From: an uncultured Methanosarcinales archaeon
GTDB lineage: Archaea; Halobacteriota; Methanosarcinia; Methanosarcinales; Methanocomedenaceae
Length of the DNA stretch: 51,537 bases
Reading direction: 5' to 3'
NCBI GenBank assembly: GCA_965370445.1
Contig: CBDUUM010000001.1
Span: forward strand, 1-51,537
Of this stretch, positions 35,543 to 45,777 are shown piece after piece. How positions within the stretch are numbered: position 1 is the first letter of the stretch; each line of letters begins with the position of its first letter. Position numbers and translations under genes: made by a program. The notes under the pieces were generated by a model. It ran no database searches and had not been told where the DNA came from. It saw only the letters and a program-made list of their open reading frames with translations.

Positions 35543-36616
35543 ATGAACCAGAACCACGCATTTAACGGCAAACTGGACGGCCATATCGTGAAACTGGAAC
35601 CTGATACTAAGGAGACACTTTACAACACCAGTTTCTATGGTAATCCAAAAGAAGATTCCCTTGAACTGACCCTTATCGAAGCTGCCTACCTCACTTACAA
35701 AAACAAGATCAAGGTCACCAGGGATAAGAAGGAACTTGATCTCAAGGACCTCATCAGCTATGCAAGTAGGGAAAAAGAGAATTTCGAAGTAAAATACATC
35801 GTCTATAAAGATATGCGTGAAAGGGGTTATTTCATAAAACCCGGCGTCACAGATTTCAGGGTATATCCCAGAGGTGGCCGGCCCGGTAAGACCCCTTCGA
35901 AATATTTCGTGTACGCACTCTCCGAGCGTAATCCCATGCCCTTGAAAGACCTGGTACGCCAGCTTGAGACCACAGCCAACATGCGCAAGGAACTTGTGAT
36001 TGCTGTAGTGGACGAAGAAAGTGACATCACCTTCTACGGTGTGAAGCTTCGCACAATGACAGGCGATATGAATGAAAATGTCCCAGGTCCGGGTATAAAG
36101 GCCACCCTCTTAGAAGACAGGGTCATGGTCTGGGATGCCGACGCCTCTGCCCTGCTGCATAAACAATTCTTTTATGGTAAACCCTTAGATGAAGTCCGCC
36201 TCCAGTTATCATTAGTGGAGGCAGCATATTTACAGGAGAAAAAGGTACTGGACCTCATGGACAGCAGTGGGGATAATTTACTTGCCAGCATGGAATTTGC
36301 TGATAATGCAATCAATGTGGAAAGCGATTTCCAGGAAAAACTGGCAGTCTACAGGGACCTCAGGAATTCGGGGATGGTAGCCAAGACCGGGTATAAATTC
36401 GGCACCCATTACCGGGTTTATAAAAAAATTGACGGACTGGATAGGATGATGCATTCCCAATTCCTTGTACATGCAGTGAACATCGAACATGTGTTCAACC
36501 TGCCCCAGCTATCAAGGGCGATCAGGCTTGCCCACAGTGTGAGAAAACAGATGGTTTTTGCCTGGCAGCGGGGAGAAGAGATCATGTATCTGGAGATCGG
36601 CAGGATAAAGATGTAA
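35543..36616 (+). CDS. endA: tRNA-splicing endonuclease, duplicated-domain (alpha-prime2) type
   Basis: Two tandem EndA-like halves. The catalytic-half motifs are YRVYKK and H..FLVH, with a degenerate first half (FRVYPRGG). Confidence 0.85.
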   Translation: MNQNHAFNGKLDGHIVKLEPDTKETLYNTSFYGNPKEDSLELTLIEAAYLTYKNKIKVTRDKKELDLKDLISYASREKENFEVKYIVYKDMRERGYFIKPGVTDFRVYPRGGRPGKTPSKYFVYALSERNPMPLKDLVRQLETTANMRKELVIAVVDEESDITFYGVKLRTMTGDMNENVPGPGIKATLLEDRVMVWDADASALLHKQFFYGKPLDEVRLQLSLVEAAYLQEKKVLDLMDSSGDNLLASMEFADNAINVESDFQEKLAVYRDLRNSGMVAKTGYKFGTHYRVYKKIDGLDRMMHSQFLVHAVNIEHVFNLPQLSRAIRLAHSVRKQMVFAWQRGEEIMYLEIGRIKM

Positions 36617-36623
36617 TAAGAAT

Positions 36624-37673
36624 TCAGTCGTGCCTGCTTTCCATCTTCTTCCCAAACATTTCCACAAGTCCGAAACATCCGGTAAGCATCATATCCCCGT
36701 GAGGTGCTGCAAATTCCATATCAAGCACTGAATCTTCCATAATCTGGCGGTTTGGACCTGTCACTATCACTGATTCGATGTTTGAGAACCCTACGGCCTG
36801 CCGGATATAACAACCGTGCCCACCATCATTGAAAATATCATCAAACCCAAGTTCTCCATCACATAACCGCCTGATAAGTTCGTCCATCTTTTGTGCATCC
36901 ACATATCGGGTGTGATGCTCGAACAATGCCAGCATCCTGTTCTCTGCCACCACGGCAGCAAGGGTATGCCCGTTACCGATGTTCACAACAACCACCGGGC
37001 CACCGGTACTGCCTGCCAGCGCCCCGCAAATGGCAGCAGGCCCCGTATCCATGAGCAGTACATTGTTTTTGTGATGTTTCAAGCACCCCATGACTGCCTG
37101 CATCCTGGAAAGGTGGGGCGGCACCTTATTCAAATAAGCGAACCGCTCCAGTTCACCGCCCTGCTCCAACAGTTCCTTGAAATGCCGGAACCTGAACACG
37201 CGATTGCTCATATTAGGTGCCTCTCCGTGATCCTGTACTGCCACTGCAAAGTCCCTGGGCATTTGTGTCTCGAACAGCCCCAGTGCTGTGCCAAGGGCAT
37301 GAGTATCCACATCACACATCTCGATCTGCACTGCCCCCCCGGGTACCGTGTCCTTCTTGCCCAGCAGAGTCACACCCATTTGCGCCACTTTCTCCAGGTT
37401 ATCGTGCAGGGTCAGGGCAGCATCAGGATGGGCATAGACCTTCAACCCCGTCTTGATATGTTTATGTGCAGCCTTGCCCGAGGGACCGCCGCCCATGGTA
37501 GTACCTGTGAGGAAGATATCACGCCCAGCATCTGTGGAATGGCTGATGCGCTGTGCAATTATCCTGGTCTGGGATGGCAGCACCATCTTGATATTATTCT
37601 CAATATGCTGTGTATTGTCGTACAGCAGTATATCCTGTGTACCTTTTCCTACGTCAATAGCCATTATCTGCAT
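36624..37673 (-). CDS. ASKHA-fold protein (DUF1786-like)
   Basis: MQIMAIDVGKGTQDILLYD and LLMDTGPAAI motifs. I prefer the Met at 37673 over the track start at 37796, which would overlap the divergent moaB. Confidence 0.45.
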   Translation of the reverse strand: MQIMAIDVGKGTQDILLYDNTQHIENNIKMVLPSQTRIIAQRISHSTDAGRDIFLTGTTMGGGPSGKAAHKHIKTGLKVYAHPDAALTLHDNLEKVAQMGVTLLGKKDTVPGGAVQIEMCDVDTHALGTALGLFETQMPRDFAVAVQDHGEAPNMSNRVFRFRHFKELLEQGGELERFAYLNKVPPHLSRMQAVMGCLKHHKNNVLLMDTGPAAICGALAGSTGGPVVVVNIGNGHTLAAVVAENRMLALFEHHTRYVDAQKMDELIRRLCDGELGFDDIFNDGGHGCYIRQAVGFSNIESVIVTGPNRQIMEDSVLDMEFAAPHGDMMLTGCFGLVEMFGKKMESRHD

Positions 37674-37716
37674 AGAATAGATTAATTCATATAATCCATG
37701 ACACATAAATCTCTTC

Positions 37717-38289
37717 ATGCCCTGGGACAATACGCCTGCACAACACAAGAAGAATGCTCCAGCAATAGTGAAATTCGCAATTATTACAGTAAGCACATCC
37801 AGATATGAGACTTACGGCAGTGTATCCGGGCCCCAGCTTGCCGATGACATATCAGGAACGGTCATGATAGACCTGATATCGGGTTCAGGTTTTGAGGTCA
37901 AAACATATTCACTGCTGCCTGACAATGAAACTTTGATTGCCGGGCATGTCCGGGAATTGACAGGCACAGATATGGGTGTAGATATCGGTCTGGAAATTGG
38001 TGCAGATATTGATGCTATCGTTATCAGTGGCGGCACCGGTCTTGCGCCAGAAGACGTGACCCTGGAAGCGGTGGAACCACTTTTTGATAAGACCATTCCC
38101 GGTTTTGGTGAACTGTTCAGGCTGAAAAGCCTGGAAGATGTGGGAACTGCTGCTATGCTCTCCAGGGCATCTGCCGGGATCGTGGGTAGATGCGTGGTAT
38201 TCTGTTTACCAGGCTCACCGGCAGCGGTCGAGCTTGCCTTAAAGGAGTTGATTATTCCCGAGGCACCCCATATCATAAAGCACATTTGA
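37717..38289 (+). CDS. moaB: Molybdenum cofactor biosynthesis protein B (MoaB/MogA family)
   Basis: FAIITVSTSR...ISGGTGLAPEDVT...FCLPGSPAA are the MoaB motifs. Confidence 0.8.
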   Translation: MPWDNTPAQHKKNAPAIVKFAIITVSTSRYETYGSVSGPQLADDISGTVMIDLISGSGFEVKTYSLLPDNETLIAGHVRELTGTDMGVDIGLEIGADIDAIVISGGTGLAPEDVTLEAVEPLFDKTIPGFGELFRLKSLEDVGTAAMLSRASAGIVGRCVVFCLPGSPAAVELALKELIIPEAPHIIKHI

Positions 38290-38467
38290 TAGATTGACAG
38301 GGTATATAGTGCGATTCGCCAGAACTTAAACGAAAACTATATCTAACAATGTAAACTACAAAAATATAATCTAATAAATATAGAGTAAACATCTGTGTAC
38401 GTTTGTGGAGTGTATTGAGCTTCCAAATCGGTGATTTACAATTATATGTTTGAAATGGAGGATGTGT

Positions 38468-39286
38468 ATGCAGGGAAATCAAAACTTTGATAATGATGTT
38501 GTAGGAAAACGGTATAGACTGAGGGATATGATAGCTCACCAGTCACATATGATAACTTGTGTTCTGCTTTTAATTACAGGACTGTACATGGCTATACAGT
38601 TCAATACTTGTAGCTTACATGCATGGGAATTGATGTCATATCAAACCCTCCGTCTAATTCATGTGATTGCAGGTATCCTGTTCTTGGTGATCAACTGGAC
38701 ATTTATACCGTTCAATCTGATAACCAGCGGTCACCTGTTGAATGACTTATTCGGCCTGAAAGATTTTGCCAGGCTTTATCAAGCCATTGTTGGCGTATTT
38801 AAACCCCCTGAGGAATATCCAAAATACACGATTTACGATAAAACTACTGGTCATTATAAAAATAAACTTCATCCGGGCTATAAACTTATGGTGGTATTTG
38901 AAGCAATGGCCATTCTCTTTATCGGACTGACAGGCATCATAATGATAGACCTGAAATTCGGATTTATGAATTTTGATATACCTGTATGGAATAATTTTAT
39001 GGCCTGGTTCGTTAATGACATAACCGGTAGTGCAGCTGCATTTATTGGTATGAGCGGAGTTGAACTGATCAGGATGATACACTTGTGGGCAACATACTGG
39101 TTCGTGCTTGAACTCATCATTCATCTGGGATTCCTGGGAACAGATCCGAGGATGTCACAAAATGTTAAGGCCTTGTTCTTAACCGGTAAGGAAACTATGA
39201 ACGAATATGTAGATGTTGTTGAGGGTGCACACGAAGAACATAAGAAAAAACCACGGGAGAAAAGACCACTGATTGTATTCAGGTGA
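38468..39286 (+). CDS. Membrane b-type cytochrome (FdnI/PhsC/Ni-hydrogenase cytochrome b-like)
   Basis: About 5 TM helices with conserved-looking His residues in the TMs (HQSHMITCVLL, RLIHVIAGI, MIHLWATYWF...IIHLGF). GGAGG lies 6 nt upstream of the ATG at 38468. Confidence 0.55.
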   Translation: MQGNQNFDNDVVGKRYRLRDMIAHQSHMITCVLLLITGLYMAIQFNTCSLHAWELMSYQTLRLIHVIAGILFLVINWTFIPFNLITSGHLLNDLFGLKDFARLYQAIVGVFKPPEEYPKYTIYDKTTGHYKNKLHPGYKLMVVFEAMAILFIGLTGIIMIDLKFGFMNFDIPVWNNFMAWFVNDITGSAAAFIGMSGVELIRMIHLWATYWFVLELIIHLGFLGTDPRMSQNVKALFLTGKETMNEYVDVVEGAHEEHKKKPREKRPLIVFR

Positions 39287-39418
39287 ACACTTGACAATAA
39301 TGAGTACCTACTCAACGATGTGCTATCCATATGCTATGATTAAAACGAAAAGTTAATATTAGCATAAGGGAGATGGAAATCAATAATTATACACAAAATA
39401 TTGAAAGGAGGAGAAAAA

Positions 39419-40357
39419 TTGAAGCAAATTAAAGTTTTGCTATTATTAATAGTAATATTCTCAATGGTCACTATGGTTCAAGCAGAAGTGGCACAATATG
39501 AGACAGTAAGCAAAATGGCAGAAGACACGAACTGTAAGGCGGTCTGCCATAACCAGGATACGCATGTGATGCATGAATCGACATCAGCCACATGCCAGGG
39601 ATGTCACGGTACAACATTGACCGACCGGCAACCTTCATGTTACAAATGCCATACAGGTTCGATACATAATGTTCACATTAAATCGGTACAAACTGAGGAT
39701 TGTTCGTACTGCCATACAGGGCTTGATAGTTTACATTTGGAAATGATGTCAGATACCCTGTGTGCACACTGCCACGGTGACCTGCTGGACGTTCACGGCG
39801 GACCAACAGAATCCTGTGACAAGTGCCATGGTTCAGCAGCGAATATTGTTTCACCAGTTACAGGCGCGGGCGATGTAATTGTCTGCCAGGCCTGCCATGT
39901 TTCCGCAGAGGTTGCGGTGCTTCATGGCGAGGCTTCTGATCCGAATTCATGTTACAAGTGCCATAGGCCTGGTTCTGTCAATGTGAGTGCAAGTGAGATT
40001 CCTCACTTTATCCATATTCCTGATGTGTCATGTGAAAAATGCCACATCGACCAGGGTACGGGAAAGATCATGATCCCGGAATGTGTACTATGCCACAGTG
40101 TTGAAACACTTCACGGATACAACCAGATATCCCTTAAAACCTCCAGTACCGGTTTAAAGTGTTCGGTATGCCACCCAATGGTAGCGGATGATAAACCAGC
40201 AACATCAGCACCAACTTCGGTCCAAACTACCACAGCAGGACCTGCAGACACTCCAATCGAAGGTGACGATGGACCTTCCGGGGTTCCAGGGTTTGGAGTC
40301 TTGATGGCATTGACATCACTGGCTATGTTATTCGTGATCAGGAAGAACAAGAATTAG
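39419..40357 (+). CDS. Undecahaem c-type cytochrome with a signal peptide and a PGF-CTERM archaeal sorting signal
   Basis: 11 CxxCH motifs counted in the translation. N-terminal hydrophobic signal. The C-terminus has a T/P-rich linker, then PGFGVLMALTSLAMLFVIRKNKN. Probable TTG start at 39419, after GGAGG at 39407-39411. Confidence 0.85.
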   Translation: MKQIKVLLLLIVIFSMVTMVQAEVAQYETVSKMAEDTNCKAVCHNQDTHVMHESTSATCQGCHGTTLTDRQPSCYKCHTGSIHNVHIKSVQTEDCSYCHTGLDSLHLEMMSDTLCAHCHGDLLDVHGGPTESCDKCHGSAANIVSPVTGAGDVIVCQACHVSAEVAVLHGEASDPNSCYKCHRPGSVNVSASEIPHFIHIPDVSCEKCHIDQGTGKIMIPECVLCHSVETLHGYNQISLKTSSTGLKCSVCHPMVADDKPATSAPTSVQTTTAGPADTPIEGDDGPSGVPGFGVLMALTSLAMLFVIRKNKN

Positions 40358-40373
40358 AATTTAACTGCCTTCC

Positions 40374-40410
40374 GGAAGATAGTTATTCTATCTTCCATTC
40401 TTTTTTTTTA
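40374..40410 (+). terminator. Strong hairpin plus T9 terminator (between convergent genes)
   Basis: GGAAGATAG-TTATT-CTATCTTCC (9-bp stem) followed by ATTC + T9. Confidence 0.55.
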
Positions 40411-40453
40411 TTTATAATATTATATGATGAATGATTTCCTTCATCTTTCATCA

Positions 40454-41113
40454 CTATATCAAGTTCAGCATCCTTCTTTTAATCCCCAGGCATGCCTGGT
40501 AGAATTGGATTCCAAGTGGAGTCCTGGTGCCATGTACCACAGTCTTTCCATCCCTTATTGCCTTAAATATGGCCTCGACCGACGGCTCAGCATCAATTTC
40601 AGTATAAGCCCTGCCCACCATCCCCACAAAATGAGCATCACTGTTACCCAGCATAGGCAGACCCAGAGTCTCTGCCATCTTCACTGCCCGTTCATTGAAT
40701 TTACCAAGGATGAACCTGGAGTTCAGGACCTCGATAGCATCCACATCCAGGTCAGATACATCGCCCAAACTTTTCGGGTAGCCCTTGAAGGGGTGGGGTG
40801 CCACTATAAGACATTCATGCTCCCTGGCCATTTTAATAATGTCGTTTGGATCTGAATTTATTGGGAACGCTTTATCTGCACCCAATACCAGCAGATGACC
40901 ACGGTTAGTTGTTACCTCGATCCCGGGAACTATCACCAGGTCAAGACCCATTTCATCTACCAGACGCCTGGCTTCAAGCGATCCTTCCACTGTGTCATGG
41001 TCACAAATAGCAATTCCGTCCAGTCCTGCCATAATGGCCCGTTTTAGGATTGCTGCTATCGGCGAGGAACAATCCTTTGAATAACAGGAATGGATGTGTA
41101 GATCAAGTCGCAT
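40454..41113 (-). CDS. PHP-domain metal-dependent phosphoesterase
   Basis: LDLHIHSCYS.DC N-terminal motif, CDHD, SDAH. Confidence 0.75.
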   Translation of the reverse strand: MRLDLHIHSCYSKDCSSPIAAILKRAIMAGLDGIAICDHDTVEGSLEARRLVDEMGLDLVIVPGIEVTTNRGHLLVLGADKAFPINSDPNDIIKMAREHECLIVAPHPFKGYPKSLGDVSDLDVDAIEVLNSRFILGKFNERAVKMAETLGLPMLGNSDAHFVGMVGRAYTEIDAEPSVEAIFKAIRDGKTVVHGTRTPLGIQFYQACLGIKRRMLNLI

Positions 41114-41292
41114 TGGACTAAGTAATGTGAGAAGTGTTAAAAAAGATTTCGAACATTACCTTTTTGTTCATTCAGCCCACTAACTCCCTTAATCTATCAT
41201 AAGTAATAAATAATAACTAAACAATTACGAATCACTTCTCATCATCGGTTAAGAAAATAACACATTTTATATTAATTTGGAGGAAGCTTTAC

Positions 41293-41838
41293 TTGAAGGA
41301 AATACGTATCCACGGGCGCGGTGGACAGGGTTCAGTTACAGCCGCCGAACTGCTGGCAGTGGCCGCATTTGAAGATGGAAAATATTCCCAGGCATTCCCT
41401 GTCTTTGGGGTGGAGCGGAGAGGCGCTCCTATAATGGCTTTTACAAGAATCAACGAACAATTCATCAGGCTTCGCAGCCAGATATACGAACCTGATTATG
41501 TGATCGTACAGGACGCCACGCTCATCGAGACAGTGGACGTGGCATCGGGTGCTAAGCCTGGCGGTAAGATATTGATAAACACTGAATTTTCACCTGATAC
41601 CTTCGACCTTGACACAGAGGCAGAGGTCATAACAATAGATGCAACCAGGATTGCCCTTGACATTATCGGGCGCCCTATTGTAAATACAATTCTCCTGGGT
41701 GCCTTTGCTGGTGCCACAGGCGAAATCAAGGTTGAAAGCATCCAGAACGCTGTAGAGCAACGCTTCCCCGGTAAAGTGGGCGAGAAGAATTCCCAGGCCG
41801 TGCTTGAAGCTTATAACCGCATGGGGGCGGGACAATGA
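41293..41838 (+). CDS. porG: Pyruvate:ferredoxin oxidoreductase gamma subunit
   Basis: [10 protein letters not shown] motif. TTG start after GGAGG. 4-nt overlap with porD. A VOR assignment cannot be excluded. Confidence 0.88.
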   Translation: MKEIRIHGRGGQGSVTAAELLAVAAFEDGKYSQAFPVFGVERRGAPIMAFTRINEQFIRLRSQIYEPDYVIVQDATLIETVDVASGAKPGGKILINTEFSPDTFDLDTEAEVITIDATRIALDIIGRPIVNTILLGAFAGATGEIKVESIQNAVEQRFPGKVGEKNSQAVLEAYNRMGAGQ

Positions 41839-42095
41839 AAGTTACAATCGGCGGAGCTGTAAAGCCCGGTACTACCAGGGTCAACAAGACCGGCGGCTGG
41901 AGGAATTTCAGGCCCCTGTACCACAAGGACAAGTGTGTCAGGTGCGGACTGTGTTCGTTGTTATGCCCGGACAGCAGTATCCACGAACAGGAAGACAAGT
42001 ATGTTACCTTTGATTTTGATTACTGTAAAGGCTGTGGCATCTGTGCCAATGAATGTCCCAAGGATGCCATAGAAATGGTGCTGGAGGAGAAATAA
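41835..42095 (+). CDS. porD: Pyruvate:ferredoxin oxidoreductase delta subunit (2x[4Fe-4S])
   Basis: [12 protein letters not shown] and [12 protein letters not shown] motifs. Confidence 0.9.
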   Translation: MKVTIGGAVKPGTTRVNKTGGWRNFRPLYHKDKCVRCGLCSLLCPDSSIHEQEDKYVTFDFDYCKGCGICANECPKDAIEMVLEEK

Positions 42096-42096
42096 T

Positions 42097-43290
42097 ATGT
42101 CTGGAAAAATGACAGTGGTAGAAGGTTCTTATGCAATAGCCCATTCTGTAAAGGTTTGCCGGCCTAATGTAATATCGGCATATCCAATCACACCACAGAC
42201 CCATATAGTGGAAGACCTGTCACAGTTCATGGCTGACGGTGAAATACCCAATTGTGAATATATCAATGTAGAGAGCGAGTTCTCTGCAATTTCCGCACTG
42301 GTAGGTGCCAGTGCTACAGGCGCCAGGACATATTCGTCCACATCTTCCCAGGGACTGGAACTGATGCACGAAGTGCTGTTCAATGCTTCAGGTATGCGAC
42401 TGCCAATTGTTATGACAGTAGTAAACCGGGCTGTTAGTGCACCCATCAGTATATGGAACGATCACCAGGACAGCATATCCCAGCGTGATACAGGCTGGAT
42501 ACAGTTATATGCGGAAAATATCCAGGAAATGAGCGATATGACAGCCCAGGCTTACAAAGTAGCAGAGGATAAAGATGTCATGCTGCCAGCCATGGTCTGC
42601 ATGGACGGTTTCATCCTGTCGCATGTATTTGAACCTGTAATACTGCTGGAACAGGAACTGACAGACGAGTTCCTGCCCTCCTATGACCCGGAGCATGTGC
42701 TTGACACCAGTAACCCATTGTCATTTGGCACTTTTGCTGATCCGTCAGCTTATACTGAATTCAGGTACCTGCAGCAAAAAGGAATGGATGTAGCTCTTGG
42801 TAAGATAGAAAAGGCTGCCGAGGATTTCAAGAAGATATTCGGCCGTTACTACGGTGGACTCATTGAACCATATATGGTAGAAGATGCCGATATCCTGTTA
42901 ATGGCCATGGGCTCGGTGGTAGGCACTATCAAGGATGTAATTGATAAAGCCCGCAGCCAGGGTATCAAGGTGGGCCTGATCAAGGTCAGGACGTTTCGGC
43001 CTTTCCCTGTGGAAGCCATACATAGTGCGGTCTCAGATGCCGCCATCGTCGTGACCCTGGATAAGAACATTTCAATTGGCCTGAATGAAGGTGCCTTGTT
43101 TACCGAGGTTAAATCCTGCTTATATAATTCAGATATCAATGTACCTGTGATGGGCTTCATGCTGGGACATGGAGGGCGTGATATCCCTATGAGTACTATT
43201 CAAATGATCATAGATAAAGCTGCACAGGCCATAAAATCCGGTATTAAGGTTGAGAGTGAATATGCAGATCTGCGAGGTGAACTCTTATGA
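42097..43290 (+). CDS. porA: Pyruvate:ferredoxin oxidoreductase alpha subunit
   Basis: G..A.A......[13 protein letters not shown]-terminal pattern. Size 397 aa. Confidence 0.9.
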   Translation: MSGKMTVVEGSYAIAHSVKVCRPNVISAYPITPQTHIVEDLSQFMADGEIPNCEYINVESEFSAISALVGASATGARTYSSTSSQGLELMHEVLFNASGMRLPIVMTVVNRAVSAPISIWNDHQDSISQRDTGWIQLYAENIQEMSDMTAQAYKVAEDKDVMLPAMVCMDGFILSHVFEPVILLEQELTDEFLPSYDPEHVLDTSNPLSFGTFADPSAYTEFRYLQQKGMDVALGKIEKAAEDFKKIFGRYYGGLIEPYMVEDADILLMAMGSVVGTIKDVIDKARSQGIKVGLIKVRTFRPFPVEAIHSAVSDAAIVVTLDKNISIGLNEGALFTEVKSCLYNSDINVPVMGFMLGHGGRDIPMSTIQMIIDKAAQAIKSGIKVESEYADLRGELL

Positions 43291-44159
43291 GCAGACTGGC
43301 GCCAGGCCATAGGGGATGTGCGGGCTGCTGCGATGCCATGGCAGCTAATTTCGTACTGGAAGCGGTAGGAGACGATGCAATAGTTGTAAATCCCACCGGC
43401 TGCCTGGAAGTGATGACCACGCCGTACCCTGAGTCAGCCTGGGAAGTGCCCTGGATACATTCATTGTTCGAGAACACCGCATCTGTAGCTTCGGGTATTG
43501 AGGCGGCCCTGCGGGCACTTGGACGTAAAGGTGATACAAAGGTCATAGCCATGGGTGGCGACGGCGCTACAGTGGATATAGGAATACTTGGAATATCAGG
43601 GGCTTTCGAGCGCGGTGACGATATCACCTATGTGTGTATCGATAACGAGGCATACATGAACACGGGTGTACAGCGCAGTGGAGCCACTCCATTTAATGCT
43701 TCAACTACAACCAGCCCGCCCGGAAGCCAGAGTTTTGGTAACTCCAGACCCAAGAAGAATATGCCTGCTATTATAGTAGCCCACGGTTCGCCTTATGTGG
43801 CCACTACATCAATTTCCTACCCGAAAGACATGATGCGCAAGGTCAAAAAGGCAGTGGATATTGAAGGTGCTACTTATATCCATACCCATGCTCCATGTGC
43901 AACGGGCTGGAGGTTTGATACCTCCAAGACCGTAGAGATCGGTAAACTTGCAGTCGAGACGGCACTGTGGCCCTTGTACGAGATGGAGGATGGTGAGATC
44001 ACTTCAGTCAGGAAGGTAAAAAAGCCAAAGCCTGTGGAAGAATATCTCAAAGCACAAGGCAGGTTTAAGCACTTGTTCACAATGGAAGGCGGGAAAGAGG
44101 AGATATCCAAGATACAGGATATTGCTGACTGGAACGTTGAGCATTACGGCCTGTTGTAA
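43287..44159 (+). CDS. porB: Pyruvate:ferredoxin oxidoreductase beta subunit (TPP-binding)
   Basis: GHRGCAGCG-like motif and [10 protein letters not shown]...[12 protein letters not shown] motif. Confidence 0.9.
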   Translation: MSRLAPGHRGCAGCCDAMAANFVLEAVGDDAIVVNPTGCLEVMTTPYPESAWEVPWIHSLFENTASVASGIEAALRALGRKGDTKVIAMGGDGATVDIGILGISGAFERGDDITYVCIDNEAYMNTGVQRSGATPFNASTTTSPPGSQSFGNSRPKKNMPAIIVAHGSPYVATTSISYPKDMMRKVKKAVDIEGATYIHTHAPCATGWRFDTSKTVEIGKLAVETALWPLYEMEDGEITSVRKVKKPKPVEEYLKAQGRFKHLFTMEGGKEEISKIQDIADWNVEHYGLL

Positions 44160-44401
44160 CAATCCATGCTCACAGAATGAATGTGAAAATAATATATTGG
44201 AAAAGAGGGCAAAAGTCAAGTTTATGAACGGGATATGAGGGGATAAATAATACTCAACTTTTGCCAATATATATATTAAACATTATAGTTTATTAAGTTT
44301 TCTTTTGTTTATCAAGTTATGCCGAGAGATTCAAATTAGCTCCAATATCCAGCACTTCTAATTTGACAAGCCATAAAATAAGCCATAAAACAATTGGATA
44401 A

Positions 44402-45019
44402 TTATTGTTGATCCATCTCATCCCAGATGCGTAAAAACCGCTGCAGTGCCGTAAAGTGGGACGTGATTGCAATCACCACGATAACCCAGCCCAGCAGTTG
44501 CATAGAATATATCTCAAAAGGGTAAACAACATTTGCGGCAGTGACCATAATTATAAGTGCCAGCCGGTCTGCCCGTCCCATAATTCCGCCATAGTCCCGC
44601 CCTACTCCTACAGCCTGGGCCTGGGTGCCCATGTAGCTTGTTATCAGCACTCCTGTAATGGCAGCCGCTCCTATCATCCAGTGGGCATATCCGGCAAAGA
44701 ATATACCACAGATGATGAGGGTATCGGCATACCTGTCAATAACATGGTCCAGCAGGTCGCCCCGGTCTGACTGGATGTTCTTCTGGCGTGCCATCACGCC
44801 ATCCACGGCGTCAGTGAACGAATTCAATATAACGAATACCAGGGCTGCAGCCAGGTACAACTGGCTGTCTGGGGAATAATAGTAAGATACACCTGACAGC
44901 AGCGCAAATATAAGTGAGAGCATAGAGACCTTGTTCGGGGTCAGTCCCATGCGGGAAAGGGCAGAGGCTGAAGGTTCCAGGATAAAGCTAATATACGGCC
45001 TGTAGGTGTTGAGGGTCAT
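44402..45019 (-). CDS. CDP-alcohol phosphatidyltransferase (archaeal polar-lipid synthase, e.g. archaetidylinositol-phosphate synthase-like)
   Basis: DAVDGVMAR...GDLLDHVIDRYAD matches D(x)2DG(x)2AR...G(x)3D(x)3D. Multi-TM. 1-nt overlap with the upstream gene. Confidence 0.8.
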   Translation of the reverse strand: MTLNTYRPYISFILEPSASALSRMGLTPNKVSMLSLIFALLSGVSYYYSPDSQLYLAAALVFVILNSFTDAVDGVMARQKNIQSDRGDLLDHVIDRYADTLIICGIFFAGYAHWMIGAAAITGVLITSYMGTQAQAVGVGRDYGGIMGRADRLALIIMVTAANVVYPFEIYSMQLLGWVIVVIAITSHFTALQRFLRIWDEMDQQ

Positions 45020-45564
45020 CAGAACACCTCCTCGCTCCAGTCGAACCGCCCTGGCAGATACCTTTCCACCTGCTCAAAGTTCCCGGCTGCCAGGTGCCCG
45101 ATTATCGAATCCACCAGGATGGCAGCGTCTTCGGGTGAGGATGTGGTGGTCTCTACTTCATAGACCCTGTCATGCTTTTGGGTGGTTTCAACCAGTATCA
45201 CATCTAGTGCTTCTGCTTCCATGTTTTCCCTAACCTTTTCCTTGAAATATGCCCTATCCTCAAGCCTATGGGCCAGTACGCCGGGTCTGGTCCGCAGCAC
45301 AATGACCGCATCGCTCCCTTTTAGGTAGTGGGATAAGTGTCCTTCAATGATTATTGTTACGGTCTCACCCTTTACCAGTTCATCTACCCGGTCCTGGACC
45401 TTTTCCATATCTGCCACAAGAGAACCGCGTATTTCATCCTTTCCGGTATGCAGCCCTTCATCAGTTATCATCCGGTTAATATCTATGATCCTGTACTTCT
45501 TACCCAGGATGCGGCATATGGTGGTCTTACCAGTGCCGGGTGTGCCTGTCAATGCGATTATCAT
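45019..45564 (-). CDS. Fap7/adenylate kinase isoenzyme 6-like NTPase
   Basis: MIIALTGTPGTGKTT P-loop. Size 181 aa. Confidence 0.65.
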   Translation of the reverse strand: MIIALTGTPGTGKTTICRILGKKYRIIDINRMITDEGLHTGKDEIRGSLVADMEKVQDRVDELVKGETVTIIIEGHLSHYLKGSDAVIVLRTRPGVLAHRLEDRAYFKEKVRENMEAEALDVILVETTQKHDRVYEVETTTSSPEDAAILVDSIIGHLAAGNFEQVERYLPGRFDWSEEVF

Positions 45565-45616
45565 AGGAAGTACCTGTCAATGCAATTATAGTCAAAAACC
45601 GATCAATTCAAACTAT

Positions 45617-45736
45617 CTTTGCGGACTTTGCGCTCTTTGCGGTGACCAAAATCATACACCGCAAAGGACACTCACCTCCTACGGAGTTGAGTGCCTGCTA
45701 CGCCTGTAGGGCGTGCAGGTCGCAAAGAGCGCAAAG
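45617..45736. repeat. CTTTGCG/CGCAAAG palindromic element (third locus)
   Basis: CTTTGCGGACTTTGCGCTCTTTGCGGTG...CACCGCAAAGG...CGCAAAGAGCGCAAAG. Same 9-nt-spaced heptamer as 3095-3166 and 3714-3774, here in a housekeeping intergenic region. Confidence 0.65.
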
Positions 45737-45777
45737 TGTTCGGGATATATGTCAACGATATTATGTTCTTGACTACA

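Noticed and set aside
44207-44265. Long-range hairpin GGCAAAAGT...ACTTTTGCC downstream of porB as a terminator or ncRNA
   Set aside because: The 9-bp stem encloses a ~40-nt loop with no oligo-T tract and no further structure. The evidence is insufficient.
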